Numbered from the stretch's first letter, positions 13,041 to 26,526 are shown. The stretch: DNA of 64,000 bases from Octopus bimaculoides (GCF_001194135.2 NC_068986.1:97378698-97442697); one strand, 5' to 3'. The notes: generated from the letters alone by a model not told the origin. Numbers and translations: made by a program.

Positions 13041-13641
13041 NNNNNNNNNNNNNNNNNNNNNNNNNNNNNNNNNNNNNNNNNNNNNNNNNNNNNNNNNNNN
13101 NNNNNNNNNNNNNNNNNNNNNNNNNNNNNNNNNNNNNNNNNNNNNNNNNNNNNNNNNNNNNNNNNNNNNNNNNNNNNNNNNNNNNNNNNNNNNNNNNNNN
13201 NNNNNNNNNNNNNNNNNNNNNNNNNNNNNNNNNNNNNNNNNNNNNNNNNNNNNNNNNNNNNNNNNNNNNNNNNNNNNNNNNNNNNNNNNNNNNNNNNNNN
13301 NNNNNNNNNNNNNNNNNNNNNNNNNNNNNNNNNNNNNNNNNNNNNNNNNNNNNNNNNNNNNNNNNNNNNNNNNNNNNNNNNNNNNNNNNNNNNNNNNNNN
13401 NNNNNNNNNNNNNNNNNNNNNNNNNNNNNNNNNNNNNNNNNNNNNNNNNNNNNNNNNNNNNNNNNNNNNNNNNNNNNNNNNNNNNNNNNNNNNNNNNNNN
13501 NNNNNNNNNNNNNNNNNNNNNNNNNNNNNNNNNNNNNNNNNNNNNNNNNNNNNNNNNNNNNNNNNNNNNNNNNNNNNNNNNNNNNNNNNNNNNNNNNNNN
13601 NNNNNNNNNNNNNNNNNNNNNNNNNNNNNNNNNNNNNNNNN

Positions 13642-13676
<35 letters not shown>

Positions 13677-13704
13677 TACATACTGCGGTTGATTCCTTTT
13701 ATTA

Positions 13705-13765
13705 AAATTCTTTTAGGCCATTCCACATCATGGCCTCAGTGCAATGACTGAAACAAGTGAAATAT
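13705..13765 (+). mobile_element. SINE 3' tail fragment
   Basis: catcatggcctcagtgcaatgactgaaacaagtgaaata resembles the 11360-11410 tail. Confidence 0.55.
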
Positions 13766-13789
13766 AATACAACGAAAGGCGCGCAACCT

Positions 13790-14200
13790 ACTTTTGAGGG
13801 TGTAGGACACCCGGCCGTATGTTCGTGGGATCGCTCCCCGAACGATTTTGTTCATTCCTACATAGGAATGAGGTTGCTGGGTTGGTGAATTATGTCAATG
13901 CTTCTGGTGATAGTAGACCATGTAGGAGCAGACGGGGCTGGTCTCTACGTTGAATATATTGGATACTTTTGGGATCTTATGTATTATCTATATGCGTTTG
14001 TGAATGTATGTGACTAAATAGGTGTGTATGTAATTCATGTTTATGTTATGCTGAGTTACTTTATGTCCCATAACTACGTATTATAGAGATCGATGAAATA
14101 ATTACCAGCTTGTCCGTTGTCGATTTGATTTCCTAAATATTTGAAGAGGCTACCCATGCATGGCGTCAGTCGAAAACTAACGATAGTAAAAGTGTGTGTA
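13790..14200 (+). mobile_element. Structured repeat with hairpins and a hammerhead-like core (possible Penelope LTR or retrozyme remnant)
   Basis: Hairpins at 13821-13843 and 13852-13871; TTGAAGA-GGC...GTC-GAAAAC-TA-acga-TA-GTA at 14141-14188. Confidence 0.4.
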
Positions 14201-14955
14201 AGCATATGTGTAAGTGGCTCTGTGTTGTGAATGCGTTTTATGATACTTTTATTGGTATCTTACGTGTACGCATGTTCGGTGTGTGCGTCAGTAAATGTAA
14301 AGGTATACAATAGCTATATTTGGCATCGATTGGATATTTGTAAAACTTTATAATGATACTTGAGCTATTTCATAACAGCTGTTAGCTGTTGACAAGAATA
14401 AAATTACCTAAATTGATTACAAAATGTTTCCCATCAAAAGAACTATTTTAGTACTTGGTTACGTGGAATTTAATTGTCATGTTTTTTTTAATATTGTTTT
14501 AATGTGTAGGAAGTGATTTAAAGTCTCCTAGCCTAATATAATATCTGTTCCGCTAAAACTACGCTTAATCGGTAGTTCTGTTCATAGAGTAAGTGATATG
14601 TCGATGAGACCAAATATATAGAGTAATGTAGAATTATGCGATAGTGTATATAGAAATAACGGATGTGGTTACTTATTTAAAGTAAGTTTTTCATTCATCT
14701 TTGTCTTTTTCTTAATCTGGAATTGACTAAAGACTTTTGGAACAAGACGTAGATGTTTTTCAGTTAACGTAATCGATCTTTTGTATCTTGCATCTTACAT
14801 TTTTGTTCGATGTTGTTTGAAACGAACGTCAGGTCATTCTGGTTGCAAAAGGAAGCAACTTCCGCAACCTGTTTTTGTTCGAAAGGAATATTACTTTCAT
14901 CGTGCGTTGTATAGACACATATACTAACGTACACATTTATATACACACACACACA

Positions 14956-15011
<56 letters not shown>

Positions 15012-15789
15012 NNNNNNNNNNNNNNNNNNNNNNNNNNNNNNNNNNNNNNNNNNNNNNNNNNNNNNNNNNNNNNNNNNNNNNNNNNNNNNNNNNNNNNNNN
15101 NNNNNNNNNNNNNNNNNNNNNNNNNNNNNNNNNNNNNNNNNNNNNNNNNNNNNNNNNNNNNNNNNNNNNNNNNNNNNNNNNNNNNNNNNNNNNNNNNNNN
15201 NNNNNNNNNNNNNNNNNNNNNNNNNNNNNNNNNNNNNNNNNNNNNNNNNNNNNNNNNNNNNNNNNNNNNNNNNNNNNNNNNNNNNNNNNNNNNNNNNNNN
15301 NNNNNNNNNNNNNNNNNNNNNNNNNNNNNNNNNNNNNNNNNNNNNNNNNNNNNNNNNNNNNNNNNNNNNNNNNNNNNNNNNNNNNNNNNNNNNNNNNNNN
15401 NNNNNNNNNNNNNNNNNNNNNNNNNNNNNNNNNNNNNNNNNNNNNNNNNNNNNNNNNNNNNNNNNNNNNNNNNNNNNNNNNNNNNNNNNNNNNNNNNNNN
15501 NNNNNNNNNNNNNNNNNNNNNNNNNNNNNNNNNNNNNNNNNNNNNNNNNNNNNNNNNNNNNNNNNNNNNNNNNNNNNNNNNNNNNNNNNNNNNNNNNNNN
15601 NNNNNNNNNNNNNNNNNNNNNNNNNNNNNNNNNNNNNNNNNNNNNNNNNNNNNNNNNNNNNNNNNNNTATATGTATGTATATATACACACACGCACACTT
15701 CTTTTTCTTAACTTAATTCACGCCACTGGGCAATTTGTGATATTTATATACATATATACATGCATAGATACCCAAGTATATACTCATAT

Positions 15790-15891
<102 letters not shown>

Positions 15892-16009
15892 ATAAACACA
15901 CACGTACACATACACCTATAAAATATACATATATATATAAGTTTATATGTATATGTATATATATGTGTGTGTGTGTGTATGTAATTATTTATCTCGCTCT
16001 ATCTATGTA

Positions 16010-16070
<61 letters not shown>

Positions 16071-16165
16071 ATATATATTTGTATAAAGGAAGTCAAACCA
16101 AATGGTGATAATCTGAAATCATTTAATACGTTCGTATGATGTTTGCATAATATATAGTATGAACT

Positions 16166-16290
16166 GTAGCCATTACGTAAACCTTCTCCAGTAAAACGTT
16201 TCATAATATTTTGAAACTGTTTAACTGAGAAAGGTTTACGTTATGGATGCTTTACGTATCATATATTACGCACGTAATATATGATACGTA
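16166..16290. repeat. Two adjacent inverted repeats (85-nt imperfect and 38-nt perfect hairpin)
   Basis: ccattacgtaaaccttctccagtaaaacgtttca / tgaaactgtttaactgagaaaggtttacgttatgg; tacgtatcatatattacg-ca-cgtaatatatgatacgta. Confidence 0.9.
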
Positions 16291-17010
16291 CGTATTAAAT
16301 AATTCTAAACTATCACTACTTGGTTCGTTGTTACAACTAATACGACTCGGTGCCAGGGCACATCAGCCAGTCTTCATTATCACAGCTAACACGACTCGAT
16401 GCCAGAACACACTATTCTAGCAACGATCAAGAGTAGTTTGTTATATTCGATTTGAGTCTAAAATTCTGGCACATACATATATATGGGGTGGGGTTGTTTT
16501 ATTCATCATTTGTAGGTGAGAGAATTATAGGAGGAATAATCTTGTTTCTGGCGAGTAAATAAATAACAATTCAAAACAATATATTTCTCCATATAGAGTT
16601 TAATTATCTTAATCTACAGACATATTTTTTCTGCTTTTTCTTTGTGCAAAATGATCGATAATTAGTTAATTATATTCAAGTAGTTCGAAACGATATAGGC
16701 TTAGACGGTAATTGTTTTTCGAGAGAAAGAATTCAGTAAAATGATGTTACAAGAAAAATAAAGAAGCTGATATGAATATTTTCCGATGTTTCATGCAGGC
16801 GCTCACACACATGCACACGTACACGTACACATACACATACACATACACACAAACCCATATGCTCATTTTTATGCATGATTGTGTGTGTAAATACTTCCAT
16901 ACATTCATACACATATTTCTCTTTCTCTGTCTATGTATCTATAGGTGTGTGTGAGAGAGAGGGAGAGAGAGAGAGCAGCGAGAGATTTTGTTCATGTGCC
17001 GTGTGTACGT

Positions 17011-17057
<47 letters not shown>

Positions 17058-18273
17058 NNNNNNNNNNNNNNNNNNNNNNNNNNNNNNNNNNNNNNNNNNN
17101 NNNNNNNNNNNNNNNNNNNNNNNNNNNNNNNNNNNNNNNNNNNNNNNNNNNNNNNNNNNNNNNNNNNNNNNNNNNNNNNNNNNNNNNNNNNNNNNNNNNN
17201 NNNNNNNNNNNNNNNNNNNNNNNNNNNNNNNNNNNNNNNNNNNNNNNNNNNNNNNNNNNNNNNNNNNNNNNNNNNNNNNNNNNNNNNNNNNNNNNNNNNN
17301 NNNNNNNNNNNNNNNNNNNNNNNNNNNNNNNNNNNNNNNNNNNNNNNNNNNNNNNNNNNNNNNNNNNNNNNNNNNNNNNNNNNNNNNNNNNNNNNNNNNN
17401 NNNNNNNNNNNNNNNNNNNNNNNNNNNNNNNNNNNNNNNNNNNNNNNNNNNNNNNNNNNNNNNNNNNNNNNNNNNNNNNNNNNNNNNNNNNNNNNNNNNN
17501 NNNNNNNNNNNNNNNNNNNNNNNNNNNNNNNNNNNNNNNNNNNNNNNNNNNNNNNNNNNNNNNNNNNNNNNNNNNNNNNNNNNNNNNNNNNNNNNNNNNN
17601 NNNNNNNNNNNNNNNCATCTCCTTTTATCAACTATATATTTAGGATAAAGAACCAAGTGAGATGACAGTTTATAGCTGGCTGTTGGTAGTGAATCTCATA
17701 TTATCACAGGTATCCCCCAACCCACAAGAAAAAGAAACAAACCTTTAGAAAGAGTCAATTAGGTAGTAAATGTCTATAAAAGTGGTAGGGTAGGAGTGAC
17801 ATTAATTCATGATGTTGTTACCAGTTAAAGGGGCAAACACTATGAAACTTGGGATGCTACAATGAGATCCAGGAAAAAACATAAGGGTCTCAGTGGTAGG
17901 ACGTTATATAATTTTAAAAAAATCTAGAACGGGACATCGTAACCAAATTAACTAGAAGGGATTCATAGATCAGTTTTAAACATTAATGAAGTTTAGTATT
18001 ATGTAGGTTCAACTTAATACCACTTCTTTACTTAATTAATTTTTTAGTGGTCACTATAAAGATCACTCAAACCACTTACGTATGGAATTTATCTGGGAGG
18101 GTATACGTACTATCTATTGATTGAAAGTAAGGAATCAGAAGCAGGTTAATAAGATAAATGATAATATATAGAGATAATTAAATATAAGTATACAAGAAAA
18201 GTGTGTACTGATACAAGTAGGCGTAATAGTATAAAATAAGGCATACATATACATATACATATACAAAAAGGGA

Positions 18274-18326
<53 letters not shown>

Positions 18327-20069
18327 AAGCTTATATTAAAAAAATACAATATAATTATTTGGTGTAAATATCAGTAACTGAAAAATATCAATTTAAGAAC
18401 CATATTGAGCCACATCTGAACCTACATACGTGCGGAGAGGATATGCGACATGCTAACGATTCATAGAATGCTATACTAGTATATGCGAAGGAAAGTAGAC
18501 ATGCAAAATATAAAATTTCATACCATACAAAACTTCACAATATAAAGGTAAAACATAGCAAAATAATAAATCAAAATAATAATTTATAGAAAATAGTAAT
18601 ATATATATATAAAGACAGGAGATTAAGATTAAAAGCAAGAAAAGATAAAGGTAACTTAAGAAGGGGTAATAGGTATGGAAATAATGAGGACAAGTTAATG
18701 ATACCGTAGTGGCTTTCTAAGTTATAATATTGCAGGTGCTATTGTATGTATAATTGTATAGTTCTTCGTTTAAAATATACTTAATATGACTGATATGGTA
18801 GAAATTCATAGACAGAAAGAATAGTGTAATCACCAAGGAGGATGAAGTCAGACTAACTAGGCAAGCGGTTATCATAGTGTAATATTACATATGATACATC
18901 ACATAACATAATACATAGCATATAATACATGTAATATAACAGAATATACTATATAATATAACATCCTACATTAGAGGGTAAGTTATATAGGATACGACGT
19001 CCGAAGTTAATTTCCACCACCAAATCCCAAGTATGATACATCTACTATTATTTGTTTCGAAAATACTTAAATGTGCAGGTAATACTATGCACGCATGATA
19101 CCCTTATGTCTTATCAATTATTACTAATAAGGTTGTTCTAGTCTCTGTACTTAAAAATCTCGTAAATTTCCAAAGAACAAAACTCACATCCATATGTACT
19201 ATCTCTCTATATATAATTGTTAAAGAGGACAACAAACGTTAAAGCAAGACAAACATCTCAAGTCAGCTGTTTCTGGGATCGGAGACAAATAGGGAAAATG
19301 TGAAGAGTATACATTCATGAAACAATGGCATAGAGGACAGGAGAAAATGTATAATGAAATGAAGAAAAAGTAAAAAAGAAGAAAGAAGCATAAAGGTTCA
19401 CAGCTCAACTTTCCGATAGTGTAGATGTTAGTCCATAAGTCCTTAAGTGCAATCCCGTGTATGGTTATAGCCTTGATAGTGTAAATATTACGCTATGTAA
19501 GCGTATGCGCAGAACAAACTCACATTTAAAATCATTATAACCTTATGTATGTGTCTATAAGTGTGTGTGTGTGATCTAAGGTCGAATGAACGAGGTCAAA
19601 CTTCCCTGACGATCTTCATGAGTATGTCCTCTTCTTACACACACACGCGCGCGCGCGCGCACACGCGCACTCACACACACACACACAGATATGGATTAGT
19701 GCATATTCATAACAAGTTCAAATATAATACTTGGTTATATCATTATTATTTGGAGGAATGTATAACTTTCGCAAATACGACCCACTGCAGGGGTTCTCAA
19801 GCTGAGAGATAATTGAATTCAGTCCCTATTACGGAATTATTTTTCGCCTATTTATTATTGGAAGGTAAAATAGAGGTTACATGCATATAACTTTTCTTTC
19901 TTCTGCTGAACAATTCCAAATAATTTAAAACCGTCTCTTTTCAGTCTTCAAAAGACACTCTCCGTTGTGGGGAACTGCGCCCCAGGATGCAAAACACAGC
20001 TCCACCCTCAACAAGAAAAAAAAAAAGAAACTCTGTATAATTACTTCGGTGATTGAAAAAGAAATAATA

Positions 20070-20283
20070 CTTCTTTCTAGTTTTGTATAAAACCAGTATT
20101 TTTAGAGGATGGGGATTAGTCGAATACATCGGAGCCGGTTCGCAGCTGGTACTTCTTTTATCGAGCTCAAAAGGATGAGAGGATATGTCGATCTGAGTGG
20201 CATATTGTACACGGAAATACGCCGTAAGAAATGTTGCTAATTATTTTGTCCGGCATGGTTACGATTCTGCCAACTCACCGCTT
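20070..20283 (-). mobile_element. tRNA-derived SINE (ggcggtgagctggcagaatcg-type head)
   Basis: Minus strand agcggtgagttggcagaatcgtaaccatgccggacaaaat...gataaaagaagtaccag...aactagaaagaagtattat. Confidence 0.75.
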
Positions 20284-20339
20284 TGAAAAGAAAATAGTAA
20301 TAATAATGATTTTTGATTTAGGAACAATGATTTTGAGTG

Positions 20340-20510
20340 ATGCGAGGTTATTTATTCTATCAAACTCAATACATGATTAGGGCTTTATTTTATAAATTCT
20401 GGAAAGACCAAAGGCAAAGTTGAATTCGACAGGTTTTGAACTCAGAACATAAAGATCCGGCAGTCATATCAAAAAATATTTCTTTCGCCGCGTTATCCAT
20501 TCTGCTTTCT
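20340..20510 (-). mobile_element. Second, more decayed copy of the same SINE family
   Basis: Minus strand tctttatgttctgagttcaaaacctgtcgaattcaactttgccttt contains a B-box-like gagttcaaa. Confidence 0.65.
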
Positions 20511-21733
20511 CATGTCAAAATCCTTTAAACTTCGTTATTTAATCCGAATAAATCGATTGAACTTTAAATATTCTTTGTTCTACCTGGCAGTATTTATATC
20601 CTAACATAATTAAACATATTATTCCAACATATCTCCAGCTTGATGATAAGTCCGTGTTTCCCAGTTGGTTATATGGACAGTATGTTGTGTACAATCATAC
20701 AATTAACAAATCTTTTTAAATGGATAGCTTTTAAATGATTCGTCACAAATTGCTCTCAATAGATTTATTAGCAGCGAAATTCTTTCACTCTCTTTACAGG
20801 AAGACTCTGTCCATTTCCGGCAGTAAAAGGCAAATTTAAATAGAAGACAGATTTTAAACAATAATTGGTTTGATACTCTTATAATGCAGTAATATCATTT
20901 CATTAATGATACTTAAATAATTTGACATAATTTTATTACATGGAGAGAAAGAAACTATTGTGTTAATGAGGTGAATTAATATTGACATCAAATTATAGGA
21001 TATGAACGGATATATATTTAAATTAAATATTCTATATATATATATATATATATNNNNNNNNNNNNNNNNNNNNNNNNNNNNNNNNNNNNNNNNNNNNNNN
21101 NNNNNNNNNNNNNNNNNNNNNNNNNNNNNNNNNNNNNNNNNNNNNNNNNNNNNNNNNNNNNNNNNNNNNNNNNNNNNNNNNNNNNNNNNNNNNNNNNNNN
21201 NNNNNNNNNNNNNNNNNNNNNNNNNNNNNNNNNNNNNNNNNNNNNNNNNNNNNNNNNNNNNNNNNNNNNNNNNNNNNNNNNNNNNNNNNNNNNNNNNNNN
21301 NNNNNNNNNNNNNNNNNNNNNNNNNNNNNNNNNNNNNNNNNNNNNNNNNNNNNNNNNNNNNNNNNNNNNNNNNNNNNNNNNNNNNNNNNNNNNNNNNNNN
21401 NNNNNNNNNNNNNNNNNNNNNNNNNNNNNNNNNNNNNNNNNNNNNNNNNNNNNNNNNNNNNNNNNNNNNNNNNNNNNNNNNNNNNNNNNNNNNNNNNNNN
21501 NNNNNNNNNNNNNNNNNNNNNNNNNNNNNNNNNNNNNNNNNNNNNNNNNNNNNNNNNNNNNNNNNNNNNNNNNNNNNNNNNNNNNNNNNNNNNNNNNNNN
21601 NNNNNNNNNNNNNNNNNNNNNNNNNNNNNNNNNNNNNNNNNNNNNNNNNNNNNNNNNNNNNNNNNNNNNNNNNNNNNNNNNNNNNNNNNNNNNNNNNNNN
21701 NNNNNNNNNNNNNNNNNNNNNNNNNNNNNNNNN

Positions 21734-21780
<47 letters not shown>

Positions 21781-22180
21781 TACATATACACAAACATATA
21801 CATACATAAATACAAAAAACACACATACATTGACGCACACACACACATTCGCACGGGCAAGCAACTAAACATGGAGACATATAATGTAATATGTGCTGCA
21901 AACTTGTGAAAGTCGGAGATGGGCTCGTTAGGCCAATAATTGCGTATTATTTAGAATTACTAGACCAGTGATTTGACATAAATGATATAGTATGCTCTAA
22001 ATGTTTGATAGTCTCGCATATTCATATCAGTTTATGAGCGAAAGTGAACACTGTTATAATGACGTTTATTAATATTGATATTGAATTATAGGACAGATGA
22101 ATGTATGGAACTGTCAATCTTAATCTGAATTACGGTAAATTATGGTAACCTTTTCGAACATTCTAATACACAAGGGTTAC

Positions 22181-22241
22181 CTGGCGCATTACAGAATAGA
22201 GGTGATTTAACATCGATTTCTTCCAGCGAGCAATAGTTTTC
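22181..22241 (-). CDS. Candidate isolated host exon (61 nt), product unknown
   Basis: atttcgacttttcctgtaag|GAAAAC...CGCCAG|gtaacc; reads (R)KTIARWKKSMLNHLYSVMRQ or ENYCSLEEIDVKSPLFCNAP. Confidence 0.3.
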
Positions 22242-22329
22242 CTTACAGGAAAAGTCGAAATCGATATCCGTTTAACGTATACATACATACATACACACAT
22301 ACATACATACATACATACATACATACATA

Positions 22330-22330
<1 letters not shown>

Positions 22331-22361
<31 letters not shown>

Positions 22362-22617
22362 GCTCTCCGTCGCTTACGACGTCGAGGGTTCCAGTTGATC
22401 CGATCAACGGAACAGCCTGCTCGTGAAATTAACGTGCAAGTGGCTGAACACTCCACAGACACGTGTACCCTTAACGTAGTTCTCGGGGATATTCAGCGTG
22501 ACACAGTGACAAGGCTGACCCTTTGAATTACAGGCACAACAGAAACAGGAAGTAAGAGTGAGAGAAAGTTGTGGTGGAAGAGTACAGCAGGGTTCGCCAC
22601 CATCTCCTGTCGGAGAT
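22331..22617 (-). mobile_element. 5'-truncated SINE or LINE 3' end with (CAA)n tail
   Basis: Minus strand ends ctggaaccctcgacgtcgtaagcgacggagagccaacaacaac; recognised from memory as a common octopus interspersed repeat. Confidence 0.75.
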
Positions 22618-22809
22618 ACATACATACATACATACATACATACATACATACATACATACATACATAAATAAATACATACATACATAGGTATATACATCTA
22701 AGTACTAGATATACCTAAATGTATTTATGTATGTATATATGTATGTATGTATGTATGTATTTGTGTATGTTTGTATGCATGTATGGTATGTATATGCATG
22801 TTCTCAATC

Positions 22810-23395
22810 GCCTGTAGTGCTGCTCCTAACTGTTGGTACCGCAGAGTGTGAAACTGGTAGTAGGACTTAATGCAAACCACTGCCACTACACAAAAAAGGA
22901 TTCGGTGGAACAGATGACCTTCTTGGGGAGGTTAAAAGAACTGAAACGCTACTCTCTAGAGAGAAAGCCTGAAAGATATGCAATGATATGCATATGGAAG
23001 ATCCTGCAATTTCAAGCTCTTAACTTTAGAATTGAAAGATATACCAATGACCAAACTAGACGGCAATGGATACAAGCAAAGATCCTGTCTTCTCTTTTCA
23101 GAATAAGGTCACAGTACTTTAACAGCCTGGCTTTCAAGGATCCTCAATTGTTCAACATCTTACCAAACAACCTGAAATATTAACGAGGTGTAGGTGTGGA
23201 TGTCTTCAAAGAAAGTCTGGACAAATTTATATCCGAAATACCAGATCTACGCACATCGTGGCAGGAGATACGAAGAAGAGCAGCTCTTGTCCAACGCGCT
23301 TCTTCACCTGAAAATAGTACAGAAAGGAAACCCAAACACACTGAAAGGTGACTCTTCAGCATAGTCTCAGACCCTGGCTGAAACCAGTAAACGAG
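22810..23395 (+). mobile_element. CR1-group LINE 3' end
   Basis: FLGRLKELKRYSLERKPERYAMICIWKIL...NSLAFKDPQLFNILPNNL...DVFKESLDKFISEIPD; ends ttcagcatagtctcagaccctggctgaaaccagtaaa. Confidence 0.85.
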
Positions 23396-24339
23396 GTGTG
23401 TGTGTGTGTACGAATTTAAATGTAATTAATGTTCCACTGCTATTTCTAGTTTCGCAAAGGACCCGAAAATATAGCCAATGATTTCTTTCAAAACTGTTGC
23501 CTTTGCTGTTTCTTTTGTTGGTAATTATAAAATTTCATATTTCTTTAATGAATATCTGCTGAACAACTTTTCTTTTATGCAGTTTCTGAATGTCTTATCA
23601 GTTTTCAAATTATTTTCGACCTGTAATTTTTCTTCAAAGACAATTAAGAGGAAAAATATATTTGCAAAAGAGAAAAGCCACTAAAACGTCAATAACACGA
23701 TGTTTTAAAATTACTGTGGTCATATATATGTACATATACATATAAACACACACATACATACATACATAAATATATGTGTGTGGGGGTGCATGTGTCCATG
23801 TTCGTGTGTACGTATGTAGAAACGCAGTTTTCTCACGAAATATCTCGCAAGTTGCCAGTAATTACTGAAATACAAAATATGAAATACTCATCTTTCAAAT
23901 ACGTCTGGTACTGTTTTATCACAAAGATACTGACCAACCGAAATTGGATATTGTTCATGCTGTGCATATATGTGCGAGTGTGTGCGTGTACGTGTACACA
24001 CACACACGCACACACACCTACACATACACACACAATACACACATTTGTGTGTGTGCGTGTGTGTCAAGATATATATATATATATATATATATATAAACAT
24101 ACACATATATATGTATTTGTATGTGGCTACGTGTTTTTCTCTTTGAACTTACGTCTTTTAATTTAAATGGATATCAGGAAAGCAGTTTAGAAATTCAAAA
24201 ATTAATTGTGGAAACAAGACAGTTTAGGGCTTCTTTGATATAAGAAAATTAGCGGAGTGTGTGATAGGATGCGAAATATGTATAGTGTCTCAATGAAAGT
24301 AAATTGAGAAAGGGAGAGAAGAAGAGGTAGAAGTAGAAG

Positions 24340-24432
24340 CAGCAGCAGCAGCAGAAGAAGAAGAAGAAGAAGAAGAAGAAGAAGAAGAAGAAGAAGAAGA
24401 AAGCGAAAGAAATAAATAGATAGATATATAGA

Positions 24433-24480
<48 letters not shown>
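24340..24480. repeat. (GCA)n/(GAA)n and (GA)n microsatellite cluster
   Basis: Directly visible. Confidence 0.95.
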
Positions 24481-24484
<4 letters not shown>

Positions 24485-26467
24485 AGAAAGAGATTGAGGT
24501 AAATGTTATTTTACTTTTCACTCTGTTAAACACTAGATAAGTAGTCAATCAAAATTAACATTATCGGTCGCAGCTTTTCGTCTGTAGATTTTAGTTGCAG
24601 ATGTGTGCGCGTGTGTGGTGTGAGAAGTACGTGTGATTGTATGTGTGTGTGTGTGCGTGAGTGAATGATTGAGAGTGTCTAAAAAGCTGGTTAGACATAA
24701 TTTGCTGTTATCGCTGTGATGACTGTTCAAACCGTTCATTACACCGGTTGTGCAGATATATGTATGTGTGTATATATGTACATACACACAGGCGTCCATC
24801 CACCACTCTATCCATCCATACATAGGTACGTACATGCCTGCATACATATATATGTATATTCATACACACACACGCGCGCGCTCACCCCACGTGAGATAAA
24901 ACATGTTCTGTTTTATCATAACTGTCCGACGATCGTTCTTGTGAAACTATGAGTAACTGTTTCTGAAGTCTTTTCTTTTACGGGTTTAACGTAATAGTAT
25001 TTTGCCCTACCTTTTTGAAATTCAAGTGCTATGTTCTTACCTTGTTTTGCACTTATGTGCTTATTTGTGTATGTTTGTGTGTGCGTGAGTGCGAGTTGCT
25101 GTCGGTGTCTGCATGTTTCTGTGTGTGTGGTGTGAGCATGTGTTTGTGTGTTTGTGTATGTGTGTGTATGTATGTGTGTGCTTATGCACGTACGTGTGTG
25201 TGTGTAACTATAGCTATAGCAGAAACACTTGTTTGAAATGATGTGCAATGGGACTGAAATATGAATTCGTGTGTTTGTCAAGAGAAATTCTTTGCTGCAT
25301 ATACACATTCACACGTAAATGCAAGTGTATATGCATGTGTATTTATGTATGTGAGCGTCTGTGTGTTTGCGGGCACCTAATATATTAAGTTCCGGGCAAT
25401 GCATATACTTCAAGTATACATTATGTATTGTATTACGAAGCAAGGAACAACACTACAACTAAGTCGAAAATATATCCCGCTCGGCGGCGAAATAACAGAG
25501 TCCGAAATAATTCTTTTGTAGTGTTTGTTCGTCACATTTCCCTGAGTTCAAGAGTCGTCTTGGCAAATTTTCCATCCTTTCTTTCTGATTGATACTTAAA
25601 GTACCAATCTTGCATGTGATCGATTGAACCACCAGAGGTTCCTACACCTAAATATAATTGGCGTGGGTACATAGGTTAAATTTTCATTGAAGTCTGATTC
25701 CACTAGAACATTGTTGTAGTATGGGAAGAATTTTGAAAGTTCGTTTCGTCTGAGATGTCGAAAATATGTTTTCTGATAATATTTGTAACGAGTTTGATGA
25801 TTGCTGGGGGGCTATTTCAACCTCTTTTTATATAGCTAGTTTTTTTTCTTTTCGTTTTCGTTAGCAACGAGGCAATATTTACCTGTAGTAAAATTCGTTT
25901 TCACATTTTGGTAATTGACCGTTTTCAGTTTATTGATAATTATCATTTTCTCGTGTGTATACCCTAATTAGATATTTCCCTAATGCAATCCCTATCATTT
26001 CTATTATTCTTCTGTAACAAACCCTACTCCCTCGTCACAGTAGAATCAAACTTGCCTTCAGAATTTTGATTCCCATATACATTGAAAACTTCCAGAGTGG
26101 TGGAATATGGAACTCCGAGGAAGTCGGATAAGTTGTCATTTTGCATTTTAACCCTTGAAGCTAGCGTTCACATGTCCAGTTGCATCGGTTTTAACTTTAC
26201 TTTGAAACACTGTGTTGGCTTGTGAGAATTGTGTGCATGCGAAGCTGGTAACTTTCCGCGATAATTCTTCAACAAGTAATTCAATTTGAAGTGGAAGATA
26301 ATGAAACCGCATTTAACAAAAGACAAGACAAAAATATCATATGTGCATATATGTATACATACATGCATGCATAGATGCATGCATGCATACATGCATGCAT
26401 ACATAAATGCATACATGGATAGGCAGGTGTGTATGTCCAGTTGTGAGTAAATGTATAGGCTATCTAC

Positions 26468-26474
26468 CTGTCTG

Positions 26475-26526
<52 letters not shown>

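Noticed and set aside
16337-16405. CRISPR-like repeat-spacer-repeat
   Set aside because: Only two imperfect units, no cas genes, eukaryotic context.
17690-19000. Strand-skewed region with FILLGD (APE-like) on the minus strand
   Set aside because: A single short motif with no other recoverable domain; left unannotated.
19941-20010. Terminal-exon-like GGAVFCILGRSSPQRRVSFED*
   Set aside because: Requires a rare GAG acceptor, and the poly-T tract may derive from the adjacent SINE.
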